Source: Dehalococcoidia bacterium (GTDB taxonomy: Bacteria > Chloroflexota > Dehalococcoidia > UBA2979). From it: DNA of 64,000 nt. The notes below the pieces were generated by a model. It had not been told where the DNA came from and did no database searches. It saw nothing but the letters and a program-made list of their open reading frames with translations. The stretch is taken from assembly GCA_965219085.1 (NCBI GenBank), contig OZ244720.1, forward strand, positions 2,176,001-2,240,000. The letters are read 5' to 3'. Shown one piece after another: positions 48,044 to 57,443 of this stretch. Position 1 is the first letter of the stretch, and each line of letters starts with the position of its first letter. Position numbers and translations under genes: made by a program.

Positions 48044-48781
48044 ATGGGCAGGCTCGAAGGCAAGGTCGCGCTGATCACCGGTGGCGCGCGCGGACAGGGC
48101 GCCGAGGAGGCCCGGCTGTTCGCCAGGGAAGGCGCGGAGGTCGTGCTCACCGACGTGCTCGACGAGGACGGCGAGCGGGTCGCGGCCGAGGTCGGCGGGA
48201 CGTACATCCACCACGATGTCACGAGCGAGGACCAGTGGGCGGCGGTCGTCGCGCGCACGGTCGAGCTGCACGGCGGCCTCGACGTGCTCATCAACAACGC
48301 CGGCATCTACGTCGCCACGCCGCTCATCGGCGGCAATCTCGACGACTACCGGCGCGTGATCGAGGTCAACCAGGTCGGCGTGTTCCTCGGGATGCGCGAC
48401 GCCGCGCCGGCGATGATCCCGCGCGGCGGCGGCTCGATCGTGAACATCTCCTCCGTCGCCGGGCTGCGCGGCGGCGGCGGCGCGTTCGGCTACACGGCGA
48501 GCAAGTGGGCCGTGCGAGGGATGACGAAGGCCGCCGCGGTCGCGCTCGGCCCGCACAACATCCGCGTCAACTCGATCCACCCCGGCCTCATCGACACGGC
48601 GATGCTGCAGCAGCTCCCGAACGTCGAGGCGGGCAACCTGGACCAGATGGTGCAGCGCATCCCGCTCGGCCGCATCGCCGAGGCCGAGGAGGTCGCGAAG
48701 CTCGCGCTGTACCTCGCCTCGGATGACAGCGAGTACAGCACCGGCTCCGAGTTCATCATCGACGGCGGCCTGACGGCCTGA
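48044..48781 (+). CDS. SDR oxidoreductase (3-alpha/20-beta-HSD-like)
   Basis: TGGARGQG, NNAG, YTASK, NSIHPG. Confidence 0.9.
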   Translation: MGRLEGKVALITGGARGQGAEEARLFAREGAEVVLTDVLDEDGERVAAEVGGTYIHHDVTSEDQWAAVVARTVELHGGLDVLINNAGIYVATPLIGGNLDDYRRVIEVNQVGVFLGMRDAAPAMIPRGGGSIVNISSVAGLRGGGGAFGYTASKWAVRGMTKAAAVALGPHNIRVNSIHPGLIDTAMLQQLPNVEAGNLDQMVQRIPLGRIAEAEEVAKLALYLASDDSEYSTGSEFIIDGGLTA

Positions 48782-48800
48782 CGCGCGAGGAGGTCGAACA

Positions 48801-49652
48801 ATGGCCGACTACCAGTCCACCGTGCTGCTTGGCGGCCTGCGGTTCAGCGAGGGGCCGCGCTGGCGCGACGGCAAGCTGTGGTTCTCCGACATGTGGGGCT
48901 ACCAGGTGATGACCGTCGACCCCGACGGCAACGCCGAGACCATCGTCGAGGTGCCCGGGCGCCCCTCGGGCCTCGGCTGGCGGCCTGATGGGACGCTGCT
49001 CATCGTCTCGATGCAGGATCGCAAGCTGCTGCGCCACGTCCCGCCGGCTGGCCTCGAGGAGGTCGCGGACCTGTCCTCGGTGGCGACGTGGCACACCAAC
49101 GACATGGTCGTCGACGCGAGGGGGCGCGCCTACGTCGGGAACTTCGGCTCGGACATCCTCGCCGACGGCGCGGTGAGCACCGCCACGATCGCGCTCGTCA
49201 CCGAGGACAACGACGTGCGCATGGCCGCCGACGGCCTCGAGTTCCCCAACGGCACGGTCATCACGCCCGACGGCCGCACGCTGATCGTGGCGGAGAGCCG
49301 CGGGCGTCGCCTCACGGCGTTCGACGTCCACGACGACGGTGGGCTCTCAGGCCGGCGCGTCTTCGCGGACCTCGGCGAGGTGGTGCCGGACGGGATCTGC
49401 CTCGATACCGAGGGCGGGGTGTGGGTCAGCAACCCGCGCGCGCCCGAGTGCGTGCGCGTGCTCGACGGCGGCGAGGTCACAGACCGCGTGACGACCGAGC
49501 ACAACACGTACGCGTGCATGCTCGGCGGCGAGGACGGACGGACGCTCTATATCTGCTCCGCGGACGGCGAGGAGGTGGACCGCGTCGCGGGCCGCTCCTC
49601 GGCCTACATCGAGGTCGTGGAGGTGGCGGCGCCGCACGCCGGGCTGCCGTAG
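48801..49652 (+). CDS. SMP-30/gluconolactonase family protein
   Basis: FSEGPRW, NDMVVD, FPNG, PDGICLD. Confidence 0.9.
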   Translation: MADYQSTVLLGGLRFSEGPRWRDGKLWFSDMWGYQVMTVDPDGNAETIVEVPGRPSGLGWRPDGTLLIVSMQDRKLLRHVPPAGLEEVADLSSVATWHTNDMVVDARGRAYVGNFGSDILADGAVSTATIALVTEDNDVRMAADGLEFPNGTVITPDGRTLIVAESRGRRLTAFDVHDDGGLSGRRVFADLGEVVPDGICLDTEGGVWVSNPRAPECVRVLDGGEVTDRVTTEHNTYACMLGGEDGRTLYICSADGEEVDRVAGRSSAYIEVVEVAAPHAGLP

Positions 49653-49716
49653 GGGTGACGCGCCGGAGGGCGGCCCCGGCCGCCCTCCAGTACCCGGTGC
49701 GCTGCTGCGCGCGCCG

Positions 49717-51489
49717 CTACTCGTACCAGCCCGAGGCGAAGAGCAAGCCGTCGTAGCGGATGGCCCACGTGTGCTTCGTCTGTACCTGCCCGATGGCGGG
49801 GTTGAGGAAGCGGTAGGTCACCCACCGTCCCAGCTCCGAGGCGTCCGCCAGCACCGGCCCGTAGAAGAACCCGGTGATGTCCGTCCGTGTCGCAGGATCG
49901 CGGAGGTAACCACCGCGACGCCCGGGCACGGTGGGATGCGCGATGACGATGTCGTTCTCGTCGGCGATGAAGACGTACCACTCCCCGTCCACGCTCGCGC
50001 GCGAGTTGTAGTACGCAATCGCCGCTTCGCGTCCGTTCGAGTTGTAGAGGTCGATTGCCTGCTGGACGGCGTGCTTGGTGTAGATGTCCGGCTGGGACGT
50101 CGAGGGCACCAGCGCGGTCACATCCGTGACCTCGTACCAGCCGGAGCCGAACAGCAGGCCGTCGCGGCGGAGCACCCACGAGTGCTTCGTCTCCTCCTGC
50201 CCGCTCGCGGGGTTCAGGTAGACGTAGCTGACCCAGCGGCCGTTCTCGCCCGCCGCCGCCATGACCGGCCCCCACGCGAAGCCGGTCTTGTCGATGCCGA
50301 GGTCGTTGACCAGCGACAGCCCAATGTTCTCCGGGATGGTGGCGTGCGAGACGAAGAGGTTCTCCTCGTCGACGATGAAGACGTACCACTCGCCGTCGAC
50401 GCTCTCCTCGGTGTTGTAGAACGCGATAGTCGCGTCGCGCCCGGTTACGTCGTGGAGGTTGATCGCCTGCTGGACCACGTACTTCGTGTAGGCGTCGACG
50501 TCCTCGCGCGGCGGCTCCACGATCTCTGCCACCTCGGGCGTCTCGTACCAGCCGGAGGTGAAGATCAGGCCGTCGCGTCGCACGGCCCAGATGTGCTTCG
50601 TCTGCTCCAGGCCCGTCGCCGGGTTGAGCAACGTGGCGGTGACCCACCGCCCCTGCGTCGAGGCGGCCGCGAGGATCTCGCCGAAGAAGTACCCGGTCGA
50701 GTCCGAGGCCTCTTCGGGATTGAGCAGGTTGTCTCCGACGAGCTCCGGGCGTGTCGGGTGCGAGATCAGGTTGTGCATCTCGTCCGAGATCACGACGTAC
50801 CACTCCCCGTCGGTGCTCTCGGCGCGGTTGTAGTAGCCGACCGTGGGCTGACGCCCCTCCTCGTCGTAGAAGGCGAGGGCCTGGCGGACCACGTACTTGG
50901 TGTAGGCGTCGGGCTCATCCCTCGCGGGGGCGGCGCCCTCGGCGGCGGCCCCTTCCTCGTCGGCCATCGCGGTGGGCACCGGGAGGACCGGGTTGGAATC
51001 GGCGTCGTCGTCGTACCAGCCGGAGCCGAAGATCTGCCCCTTGTAGCGGATGACCCACACGTTCTTGGTCTGTGCCCGTCCGCTCCGCGCGGGGTTCTTG
51101 TCCTTGTACGTCACCCAGCGTCCGGTCTCGGAGGCCGAGGCGATCACGGGGCCGTAGGGGTAGCCGTTGCTGTCGACCAGCTCCCGGACGTCCTGGCCGA
51201 TGAGGTCCTTCTGGTCCGGGTGCGTCGCCCGGATCGTGTTGTCCTCGCCGATGATGAAGACGAACCACTGGCCATCGACGCCTTCTTCGGTGTTGTAGTA
51301 CCGCAGCGCGCGCGCCTGGCCGTCCGTGTCGTAGCGTTCGATGGCTTGCTGGACGAAGTCCTTCGTGAAGGCGTCCGGGTCGTCCTGCGAGGCCCCGCCC
51401 AGCCCTCCGCAAGCGACGGAGGTGGCCAGCACCAGCGCCGCCACGACCAGCGCAAGGGCCCTGACGATCGGCCTGGCTGGCGCACGCAT
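49717..51489 (-). CDS. Lipoprotein with four tandem single-Cache-like domains
   Basis: Lipobox VAC; four ~130-aa repeats (D.YTK..V.QA...DGEWYVFI.D...HP...GRWV.Y...NP...K..W....G..F.SGWY). Confidence 0.78.
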   Translation of the reverse strand: MRAPARPIVRALALVVAALVLATSVACGGLGGASQDDPDAFTKDFVQQAIERYDTDGQARALRYYNTEEGVDGQWFVFIIGEDNTIRATHPDQKDLIGQDVRELVDSNGYPYGPVIASASETGRWVTYKDKNPARSGRAQTKNVWVIRYKGQIFGSGWYDDDADSNPVLPVPTAMADEEGAAAEGAAPARDEPDAYTKYVVRQALAFYDEEGRQPTVGYYNRAESTDGEWYVVISDEMHNLISHPTRPELVGDNLLNPEEASDSTGYFFGEILAAASTQGRWVTATLLNPATGLEQTKHIWAVRRDGLIFTSGWYETPEVAEIVEPPREDVDAYTKYVVQQAINLHDVTGRDATIAFYNTEESVDGEWYVFIVDEENLFVSHATIPENIGLSLVNDLGIDKTGFAWGPVMAAAGENGRWVSYVYLNPASGQEETKHSWVLRRDGLLFGSGWYEVTDVTALVPSTSQPDIYTKHAVQQAIDLYNSNGREAAIAYYNSRASVDGEWYVFIADENDIVIAHPTVPGRRGGYLRDPATRTDITGFFYGPVLADASELGRWVTYRFLNPAIGQVQTKHTWAIRYDGLLFASGWYE

Positions 51490-51682
51490 ACTCTTCACGG
51501 TACTCAAGGTCACCCTGCTCCCCCACTTCCGGCTGTCCCCGCGCACAACCACAGGCTGTTTCCGGCGCCCGCCGCGACGCAGCGCGTACCGAAAGCGAAG
51601 CGCGACCGTCGGGCGAGTATACTCCCGCCGGAGTAGCGCGCCCTCGTGCCACTCAGGGCGTACATGGAACGGGTCAGGTGGA

Positions 51683-52501
51683 ATGGCTGCAACAATCAAT
51701 GCAGACGGGCTGCTGGCGGGCAAGACCGCCATCGTGACCGGCGCCTCGCGCGGCATCGGTGAGGCGATCGCGATTCGCTACGCCATGGAGGGCGCGCGGG
51801 TGGCCGTCGCCGCGAGGACCGTCAACGAGGGCGACCACCGTCTGCTCGCCGGCAGCATCACCGGTGTCGCGGGCCGCATCCGCGACGCAGGCGGCGAGGC
51901 ACTCGCCATCCAGTGCAACCTTGGCGACGCCGAGGACCGCGCCAACCTTGTGGCCACGACCGAGCGCGAGCTCGGCCCCGTCGACATCCTCGTGAACAAC
52001 GGGGCGGTCACGTACTACATCTCCGTCGACGAGTTCCCGGAGAGTCGCTTCAAGATCATGATGGAGGTGCAGGTCTATGCCGCCATGCACCTCGCCCAGC
52101 TCGTGCTGCCCGACATGCGCGAACGCAAGTCCGGTTGGATCGTGAACATGTCGTCCGGGTCGGCCATCCTTCCCGACCTCGACGCCCGCATCAACAACGG
52201 CACGATCTACGGGATGTGCAAGGCGGCGCTGGAGCGCTTCAGCACGGGCCTCGCCACCGAGGCGCGCGACGACGGTATCGCCGTCAACGCGATCCGGCCC
52301 GGCCTGGTCGCCACCCCGGGGGTCGAGTATTTCGGCATGATCACCGACGAGAACAGGGAGATGGTCACCCCGGTCGAGGACGTCGCCGAAGCTTCGCTCC
52401 GGCTCGCCCTCGGCGACCCGTCGACGCTCTCGGGCCGCGTGGTCACCGCCGCCGGGATGCTCGAGGAGTTCGGCCTGACGTCCGCGGACCTCGACCTCTA
52501 G
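51683..52501 (+). CDS. SDR oxidoreductase
   Basis: TGASRGIG, LVNNG, YGMCK; ATG at 51683. Confidence 0.88.
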   Translation: MAATINADGLLAGKTAIVTGASRGIGEAIAIRYAMEGARVAVAARTVNEGDHRLLAGSITGVAGRIRDAGGEALAIQCNLGDAEDRANLVATTERELGPVDILVNNGAVTYYISVDEFPESRFKIMMEVQVYAAMHLAQLVLPDMRERKSGWIVNMSSGSAILPDLDARINNGTIYGMCKAALERFSTGLATEARDDGIAVNAIRPGLVATPGVEYFGMITDENREMVTPVEDVAEASLRLALGDPSTLSGRVVTAAGMLEEFGLTSADLDL

Positions 52502-52544
52502 CCACGGCTAGCACAGCCGGGGCTTCGCTCCGAAGAATGGCGCT

Positions 52545-53828
52545 CTACACGATCGCGCCCGCTGCGCGCAGATCGGCGATTTCCTCGTCGCCCACGCCGA
52601 CCTCATGCAGCACCTCGTCGGTGTGCTGCCCGAGTGGAGGTGAGGCGAGGGTGTTGTCGGCGGGCGTCCCGGCCATCGTCACCGCCGGCCCGACCATCAA
52701 CTCCGGCCCCGTGGTCGCGTGCTCGACCTCCATCATGTAGCCCATGGCCTGCACCTGCGGATCCTCGGACATCATGTCGGGGATGTTCACCTTCGAGACC
52801 GGGGCGCCCTCGGCGTCGAACCGCTCGATCCACTCGTCCATCGTTCGGGTGAGCATGATGGCGCGGATCCGCTCGTACACCTCGTCGACCTGCGCGTTGG
52901 CGTCCGGGGCGAACGCGTCGAAGTTCTCGTCGGCGGTGGGATCCTCGTCGATGCCGATGGCGCGCCGCATCTGGTCGCGGTTCGCGGGGGTGAGCGCGCC
53001 GAGGACGATGCCGCCGTCCTCGACGACGTACCCGCCGTAGTACAGGCGGCCTGCGCTGTAGCCGAGCGCCGAGAACAGGTCGCCGCGTGCCTGCAGCACG
53101 TCCTGGTACGAGCCGCCAGCCTCCTGCACGTCGCGGATCCGTTGGCGCACCTGGTCACCGACCATCGCCTCGTAGACCGGCACGCGGCTCACGACGTAGT
53201 TCTGCACGGCGAGGGCGACCTGCAGCAGCGAGCTCTCGAGGTACTGGCCCTCGCCGGTGCGCTCACGGTGGAACAGCGCCGCGCAGATCCCCATCGCCCC
53301 GGCCATGCCCGCCGTGAAGTCGCCCGGCGCGGTCGCCGAGATCGCGTCTGGCGCGCCGAATTCGTTGACCTTCGCATCGCCGGCCATTAGCCCGGAGTAC
53401 GCTTGCGCGACGATATCGGAGCCCGAGCGCTGCGCGCTGGGCCCGGAGCGTCCGAAGCCGCTGTTCTCGAAGTAGACGAGGTCCGGCCGGTACTGCCGCA
53501 GCGTGTCGTAGTCCACGCCGAGCCGCTCGGGGACGCCGGGCCGCGAGTTGATGACGAATACGTCGAATGACGGGATGATGCGATGCACCAGTTCCCGCCC
53601 GCGCTCGTGCGCGAGGTCGATCACCAGGCTGCGCTTGCCGCGGTTGAGCGTGTGGAAGAACTTGCTCTCGCCCGGGGCGAACGCGGCCGAGAGGCGCGTG
53701 CCGTCGCCCGAGGGCGGTTCGACCTTGATCACGTCGGCCCCGAGGTCGGCGAGATTGAGGCCGCAGAAGGGCCCGGCGAGAATTTGCGTGACCTCGAATA
53801 CCCTGATGCCGTCGAGCGCTCCGCCCAT
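52545..53828 (-). CDS. Family III CoA-transferase (CaiB/BaiF)
   Basis: LDGIRV, AGPFC, LGADVIKVEPP.GD, NRGKRS, GDFTAG, PPLGQHT. Confidence 0.9.
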   Translation of the reverse strand: MGGALDGIRVFEVTQILAGPFCGLNLADLGADVIKVEPPSGDGTRLSAAFAPGESKFFHTLNRGKRSLVIDLAHERGRELVHRIIPSFDVFVINSRPGVPERLGVDYDTLRQYRPDLVYFENSGFGRSGPSAQRSGSDIVAQAYSGLMAGDAKVNEFGAPDAISATAPGDFTAGMAGAMGICAALFHRERTGEGQYLESSLLQVALAVQNYVVSRVPVYEAMVGDQVRQRIRDVQEAGGSYQDVLQARGDLFSALGYSAGRLYYGGYVVEDGGIVLGALTPANRDQMRRAIGIDEDPTADENFDAFAPDANAQVDEVYERIRAIMLTRTMDEWIERFDAEGAPVSKVNIPDMMSEDPQVQAMGYMMEVEHATTGPELMVGPAVTMAGTPADNTLASPPLGQHTDEVLHEVGVGDEEIADLRAAGAIV

Positions 53829-53930
53829 GATCCCTCTCTCCCGGCGACTGGCGCGCCGCTTCCATCGATGTGGGGCAGCGTGTCTGACGCTGGCCCCGCC
53901 TCCGGTTCAGCGCGAGCCTAACGGAGACCG

Positions 53931-55187
53931 ATGAGCGTGCGCATCCACCAGGGCGTCGTCATTGCGTTCGTCGTCTTCCTGGCGTTCACGCTCACCGTCG
54001 GGATCACGCAGTACTCGTTCGGCGTGTTCGTCACCGAGATCGAGGCCGACCTGGGGTGGAGCCGCGCGGAGATCACGGCCGCCGTCTCGTTCTTCGCGCT
54101 GGCGGGCATTGCCGCACTGCCGGCGGGTTGGCTCCTCGATCGCTACGGCGCGCGGCCGGTGATGGCGGTCTCGATCGCCGCGCTCGCCGTCAGCCAGATC
54201 CTGCGGCCCTGGATGACCGAGGTGTGGCAGTTCTACGCGCTCAGCGCGCTCCAGTTCGCGGCCATGCCCGGCGCCGTCATCATCACCGCGGGCCGCGTCG
54301 TCGGTGAGTGGTTCGAGGAGAACCGCGGGCGGGCAATGGGGCTGACCGCGATGGGCGCGAACTTCGGCGGCATCATCTTCGCCTCGCTCACGGCCACGCT
54401 CATCACCACCATCGGCTGGCGCGCCTCCTACTTCGTGTACGGCCTGCTCTTCGCCGCGCTCGTCCCGGTCGTGCTCATCGTCGTGCGCGACCGGCCGCGC
54501 GCAGCACCCGCGGCAGGCGAACCGGCCGGTGACCGCAACGCCATGATCGCGGGCGCGACGGTCCGCGAGGCGCTGCGCAGCCGCACGTTCTGGCTGGTGA
54601 CGCTGGCGCTGGTGCTGGTCACCATGACCTACGGCGCCGTGCTGCCGCAGGTCGTCCCGCACCTCGAGAACGAGGGCGTGCCCAAGGCCGAGGCGGCCGC
54701 GGCGCTGAGCCTGTTCGCGCTGTTCGGGATGTGCGGCAAGGTCTCGTTCGGCTGGATGACCGAGCGCCTGCCGTCACGCTACGTGATGACCGCTTGCATC
54801 GGCTGCCAGGTGACGGGCCTGTGGGTGCTGCTCGCGGCGGGTTCGGCGTCGTGGTTCTGGGCGGCCGTGCCGGTGTTCGGACTCGGTTTCGGCGCGCTCG
54901 GCGCGGTGATGCCGCTGCTGGTGCAGGAGACGTTCGGGCTGCGCGCCTTCGGGACGATCTTCGGGCTCATCAACTTCGCGACGCTCGGCTCCGCGCTCGC
55001 GGGCCCGTTGTTCGTCGGCGCCTCGTTCGAGGCGACGGGGTCGTACCGGTTCGCCTTCATGACGCTCTCGGTGATCTTCGTCTTCGCGGCCGTGACCGTC
55101 GCCTTCGCGGGGCCGTACACCGGCGCCTCGATGCGCCCCTCGGCCGCGTCGGCCGCCGCCGAGCGCGCCGCCGCCGACGCGTCGTAG
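53931..55187 (+). CDS. MFS transporter (OFA/MCT-like)
   Basis: GWLLDRYGAR, WF..NRGRAMG, FG.RAFGTI.G; about 12 TM segments. Confidence 0.88.
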   Translation: MSVRIHQGVVIAFVVFLAFTLTVGITQYSFGVFVTEIEADLGWSRAEITAAVSFFALAGIAALPAGWLLDRYGARPVMAVSIAALAVSQILRPWMTEVWQFYALSALQFAAMPGAVIITAGRVVGEWFEENRGRAMGLTAMGANFGGIIFASLTATLITTIGWRASYFVYGLLFAALVPVVLIVVRDRPRAAPAAGEPAGDRNAMIAGATVREALRSRTFWLVTLALVLVTMTYGAVLPQVVPHLENEGVPKAEAAAALSLFALFGMCGKVSFGWMTERLPSRYVMTACIGCQVTGLWVLLAAGSASWFWAAVPVFGLGFGALGAVMPLLVQETFGLRAFGTIFGLINFATLGSALAGPLFVGASFEATGSYRFAFMTLSVIFVFAAVTVAFAGPYTGASMRPSAASAAAERAAADAS

Positions 55188-55203
55188 CCCGGCGTCCACG
55201 CGA

Positions 55204-55231
55204 AGGGGCGGCGCCTCACGACGCCGCCCCT
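55204..55231 (-). terminator. GC-rich 3' hairpin after SBP A (GUGA loop)
   Basis: Minus strand GGGGCGGCGUC-GUGA-GGCGCCGCCCC; no U-tract. Confidence 0.6.
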
Positions 55232-55256
55232 CGTGGTGTCTGCCGTGGTTCGCTCC

Positions 55257-57152
55257 CTACTTGTCGATCCAGGTGTTGTACGCCTCGTACCCGGTGTCGA
55301 GGTACATGTGTCCGCTGCCGGGCGAACGCGCGTAGCGGAGGCCGCGCACCCACGGCTGTTGCAGCTGCGCGCTGTATCCGCTGGCCTTCGTGATGCGGTA
55401 GACCTGATCGAGCACGCGGTGCCAGACGTTGCGGGCGAGCTCCGTCCGCGTCTCGGGGTCGTTCTCGACCTGGTGCTGCTCGGCCCACGCGTCGATCTGC
55501 GGGTCGTTGATGCGGTTTCGGTTGCCCGACGACTCCGAGTGATTGATCCCGTAGACGTAGTGGTCGGGATACGCCAGCTGGGCGACCCAGCCGTCGTACG
55601 TGTCTGTGGTGCCCGACCGCGTGGTCCACTGCGAGTTGTACTCGTTGTAGTCGCGGCTGCTCAGGTTGAGCTTGATGCCGACCCTGCTGAACTGGTCGAG
55701 CCAGACCTCGTTGGGGAGGCTGTTCGAGGTGTTGCTGTAGTTGTAGTACATCATCTCGAACTCGAGGTCGCTGGCGCCCGCGGCGTCGAGCAACTTCTTG
55801 GCCTCGGCGGGGTCGTAGCGCCACCAGTTGCCGAGCACCCCGGACTCCGGCGTCGGCTCATCCTCCCAGAAGAACCGCCAGTCCATCTGCGGCAGGATGA
55901 CGCCCGCGCCCGAGTAGATGATGTCCAGCATCTCATCGCGGTCGTAGGCGAGCGAGAGCGCACGCCGGATCCGCACGTCCTCCCAGCGCGGCAGGTCCAT
56001 GTTGAACGTCAGCGCGAGCGTCGACGAGAACAGCGGGTTCCCGAAGTACTGCGTGTCGGGATTGGTGTCGAGGATCTTCTCAAGGTCGTCGGAGGTCGCG
56101 GCGGAGAGCCCGAAGTCGTGCCTCCCGACGCGGAACTGCGCCTCCGCGGCGGCGAGATCGAGTACGAAGGGCAGCTCAAAGCGGTCGATCTTGACGGGGC
56201 CCCGGAAGTAGTCGGGGTTCTTGTTGAAGGCCCCGCCGACGCCTCCGGTCCAGTCCTCGACGATCATCGGGCCGGTGCCGATCCCCTTCGTCAGAATCTC
56301 CCCGCTATCGACGAGCTCCGGTCCGTGGACCGTGCTGAACGGGGTGGAGAGCGGGAAGATGAAGTCCGGGGTCGGCTGCCTCAGCTTGATCACGATCGTC
56401 GCATTGTCTGGAGCTTCGATCGACGTGACGTGCGCGAAGTTCGAGCGGTGCGGGCTTCCCGTTTCCGAGTAGCGATCAAACGAGTACTTCACGTCCTGCG
56501 CTGTCAGCTCACGCCCGTTCACCGGCGCGACGTTCTGGAACTTGACGCCCGGCTGCATGTGGAAGGTGTATGTGAGCCCGTCCTCGGAGATCTCCCAGGC
56601 CTCCGCCAGCTCCGGTACGAGGTCGTTGCGGGCGTACGGATCGGAGTCCCAGCCGCTGTAGACGCCGATCAGGCGGTTGTAGATGAGGTTGACGCCCGTC
56701 ATCGTCCCACCGGCCGCGGCAATCGCAGGATCGAGTGGGCCGGGGTCGAAAGTGAAGCGCTGCACGAGCGTGCCGCCGAACTTCACGGGCTTGTCGGGCT
56801 CCTCGATCTGCCACGGCACGAAGCGCCCTGCGGCAGTCGTGAAGCCGGTGGCTCGCTTGATCGTCGCGACCGTGTCCTCGGCTTCTACGTCCTCTTCGGT
56901 CTCGGCCACCTTCGCGACGCCTTCTTCCGCATCGTCGGCATCGTCGCTGTCCGTCGTCGTGTCCTGGGTGGTGGTGGTGGTCGTCGTCGTCGTGGCGCCG
57001 GTGTCGTCATCGTCGTCGTCGTCACCGCCGCAGCCGATGAGGGCGGCGGCGGCAAGGCCGAGGCCGCCGAGGAGCCCTCCCCGTAGCAGTACTCGCCGGT
57101 CGACGGTGATGCCGAATGGATCGTGACGCGTCGCGTCGTGGTCGTCTGACAC
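55257..57152 (-). CDS. ABC substrate-binding protein family 5, TAT lipoprotein (paralogue A)
   Basis: RRVLLRGG twin-arginine, LIGC lipobox, PELAE.WE.SEDG.TYTF, GTGP, D.RIRRALS.A.DR; GTG start with AGGGAGG RBS. Confidence 0.9.
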   Translation of the reverse strand: MSDDHDATRHDPFGITVDRRVLLRGGLLGGLGLAAAALIGCGGDDDDDDDTGATTTTTTTTTQDTTTDSDDADDAEEGVAKVAETEEDVEAEDTVATIKRATGFTTAAGRFVPWQIEEPDKPVKFGGTLVQRFTFDPGPLDPAIAAAGGTMTGVNLIYNRLIGVYSGWDSDPYARNDLVPELAEAWEISEDGLTYTFHMQPGVKFQNVAPVNGRELTAQDVKYSFDRYSETGSPHRSNFAHVTSIEAPDNATIVIKLRQPTPDFIFPLSTPFSTVHGPELVDSGEILTKGIGTGPMIVEDWTGGVGGAFNKNPDYFRGPVKIDRFELPFVLDLAAAEAQFRVGRHDFGLSAATSDDLEKILDTNPDTQYFGNPLFSSTLALTFNMDLPRWEDVRIRRALSLAYDRDEMLDIIYSGAGVILPQMDWRFFWEDEPTPESGVLGNWWRYDPAEAKKLLDAAGASDLEFEMMYYNYSNTSNSLPNEVWLDQFSRVGIKLNLSSRDYNEYNSQWTTRSGTTDTYDGWVAQLAYPDHYVYGINHSESSGNRNRINDPQIDAWAEQHQVENDPETRTELARNVWHRVLDQVYRITKASGYSAQLQQPWVRGLRYARSPGSGHMYLDTGYEAYNTWIDK

Positions 57153-57274
57153 TGCCTGTCCTCCCTGGCGGGAGTCATCGAAGCTGACCCCGCCGGTTGT
57201 GTGCGAGCGATACCGGCTACCGATCCTCAGCCAACACGGCATCGGAATGGCCGGATCGCAGCGGCATCATAACA
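57153..57274 (-). promoter_or_regulatory. Extended -10 promoter plus structured 5' leader (copy A)
   Basis: TGTTATGAT 57274-57266; hairpin 57259-57207; second hairpin next to the RBS. Confidence 0.6.
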
Positions 57275-57389
57275 GGCGCGCACAGACGGAACGCCGGACA
57301 CGGGCCGGGAGCATGCGTGCAAGCCCGTGGCGAGCCCACCGCAGCGCCCACGGGACGAGCGAAAGGAACGTTCGAGGGTCAACGGGCGG

Positions 57390-57415
57390 GGGGCGGCGCC
57401 TCGCGACGCCGCCCC
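57390..57415 (-). terminator. GC-rich 3' hairpin after SBP B (GCGA loop)
   Basis: GGGGCGGCGUC-GCGA-GGCGCCGCCCC. Confidence 0.6.
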
Positions 57416-57443
57416 TCGTCGTGGTGTCTGCGCTACTCCCTCA

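Noticed and set aside
57153-57242. N-terminal extensions MPCWLRIG... given by the ORF track for the SBP genes
   Set aside because: A strong GGGAGG RBS precedes the downstream GTG in all copies, the extension is not conserved as protein across copies, and the region fits an RNA leader better.
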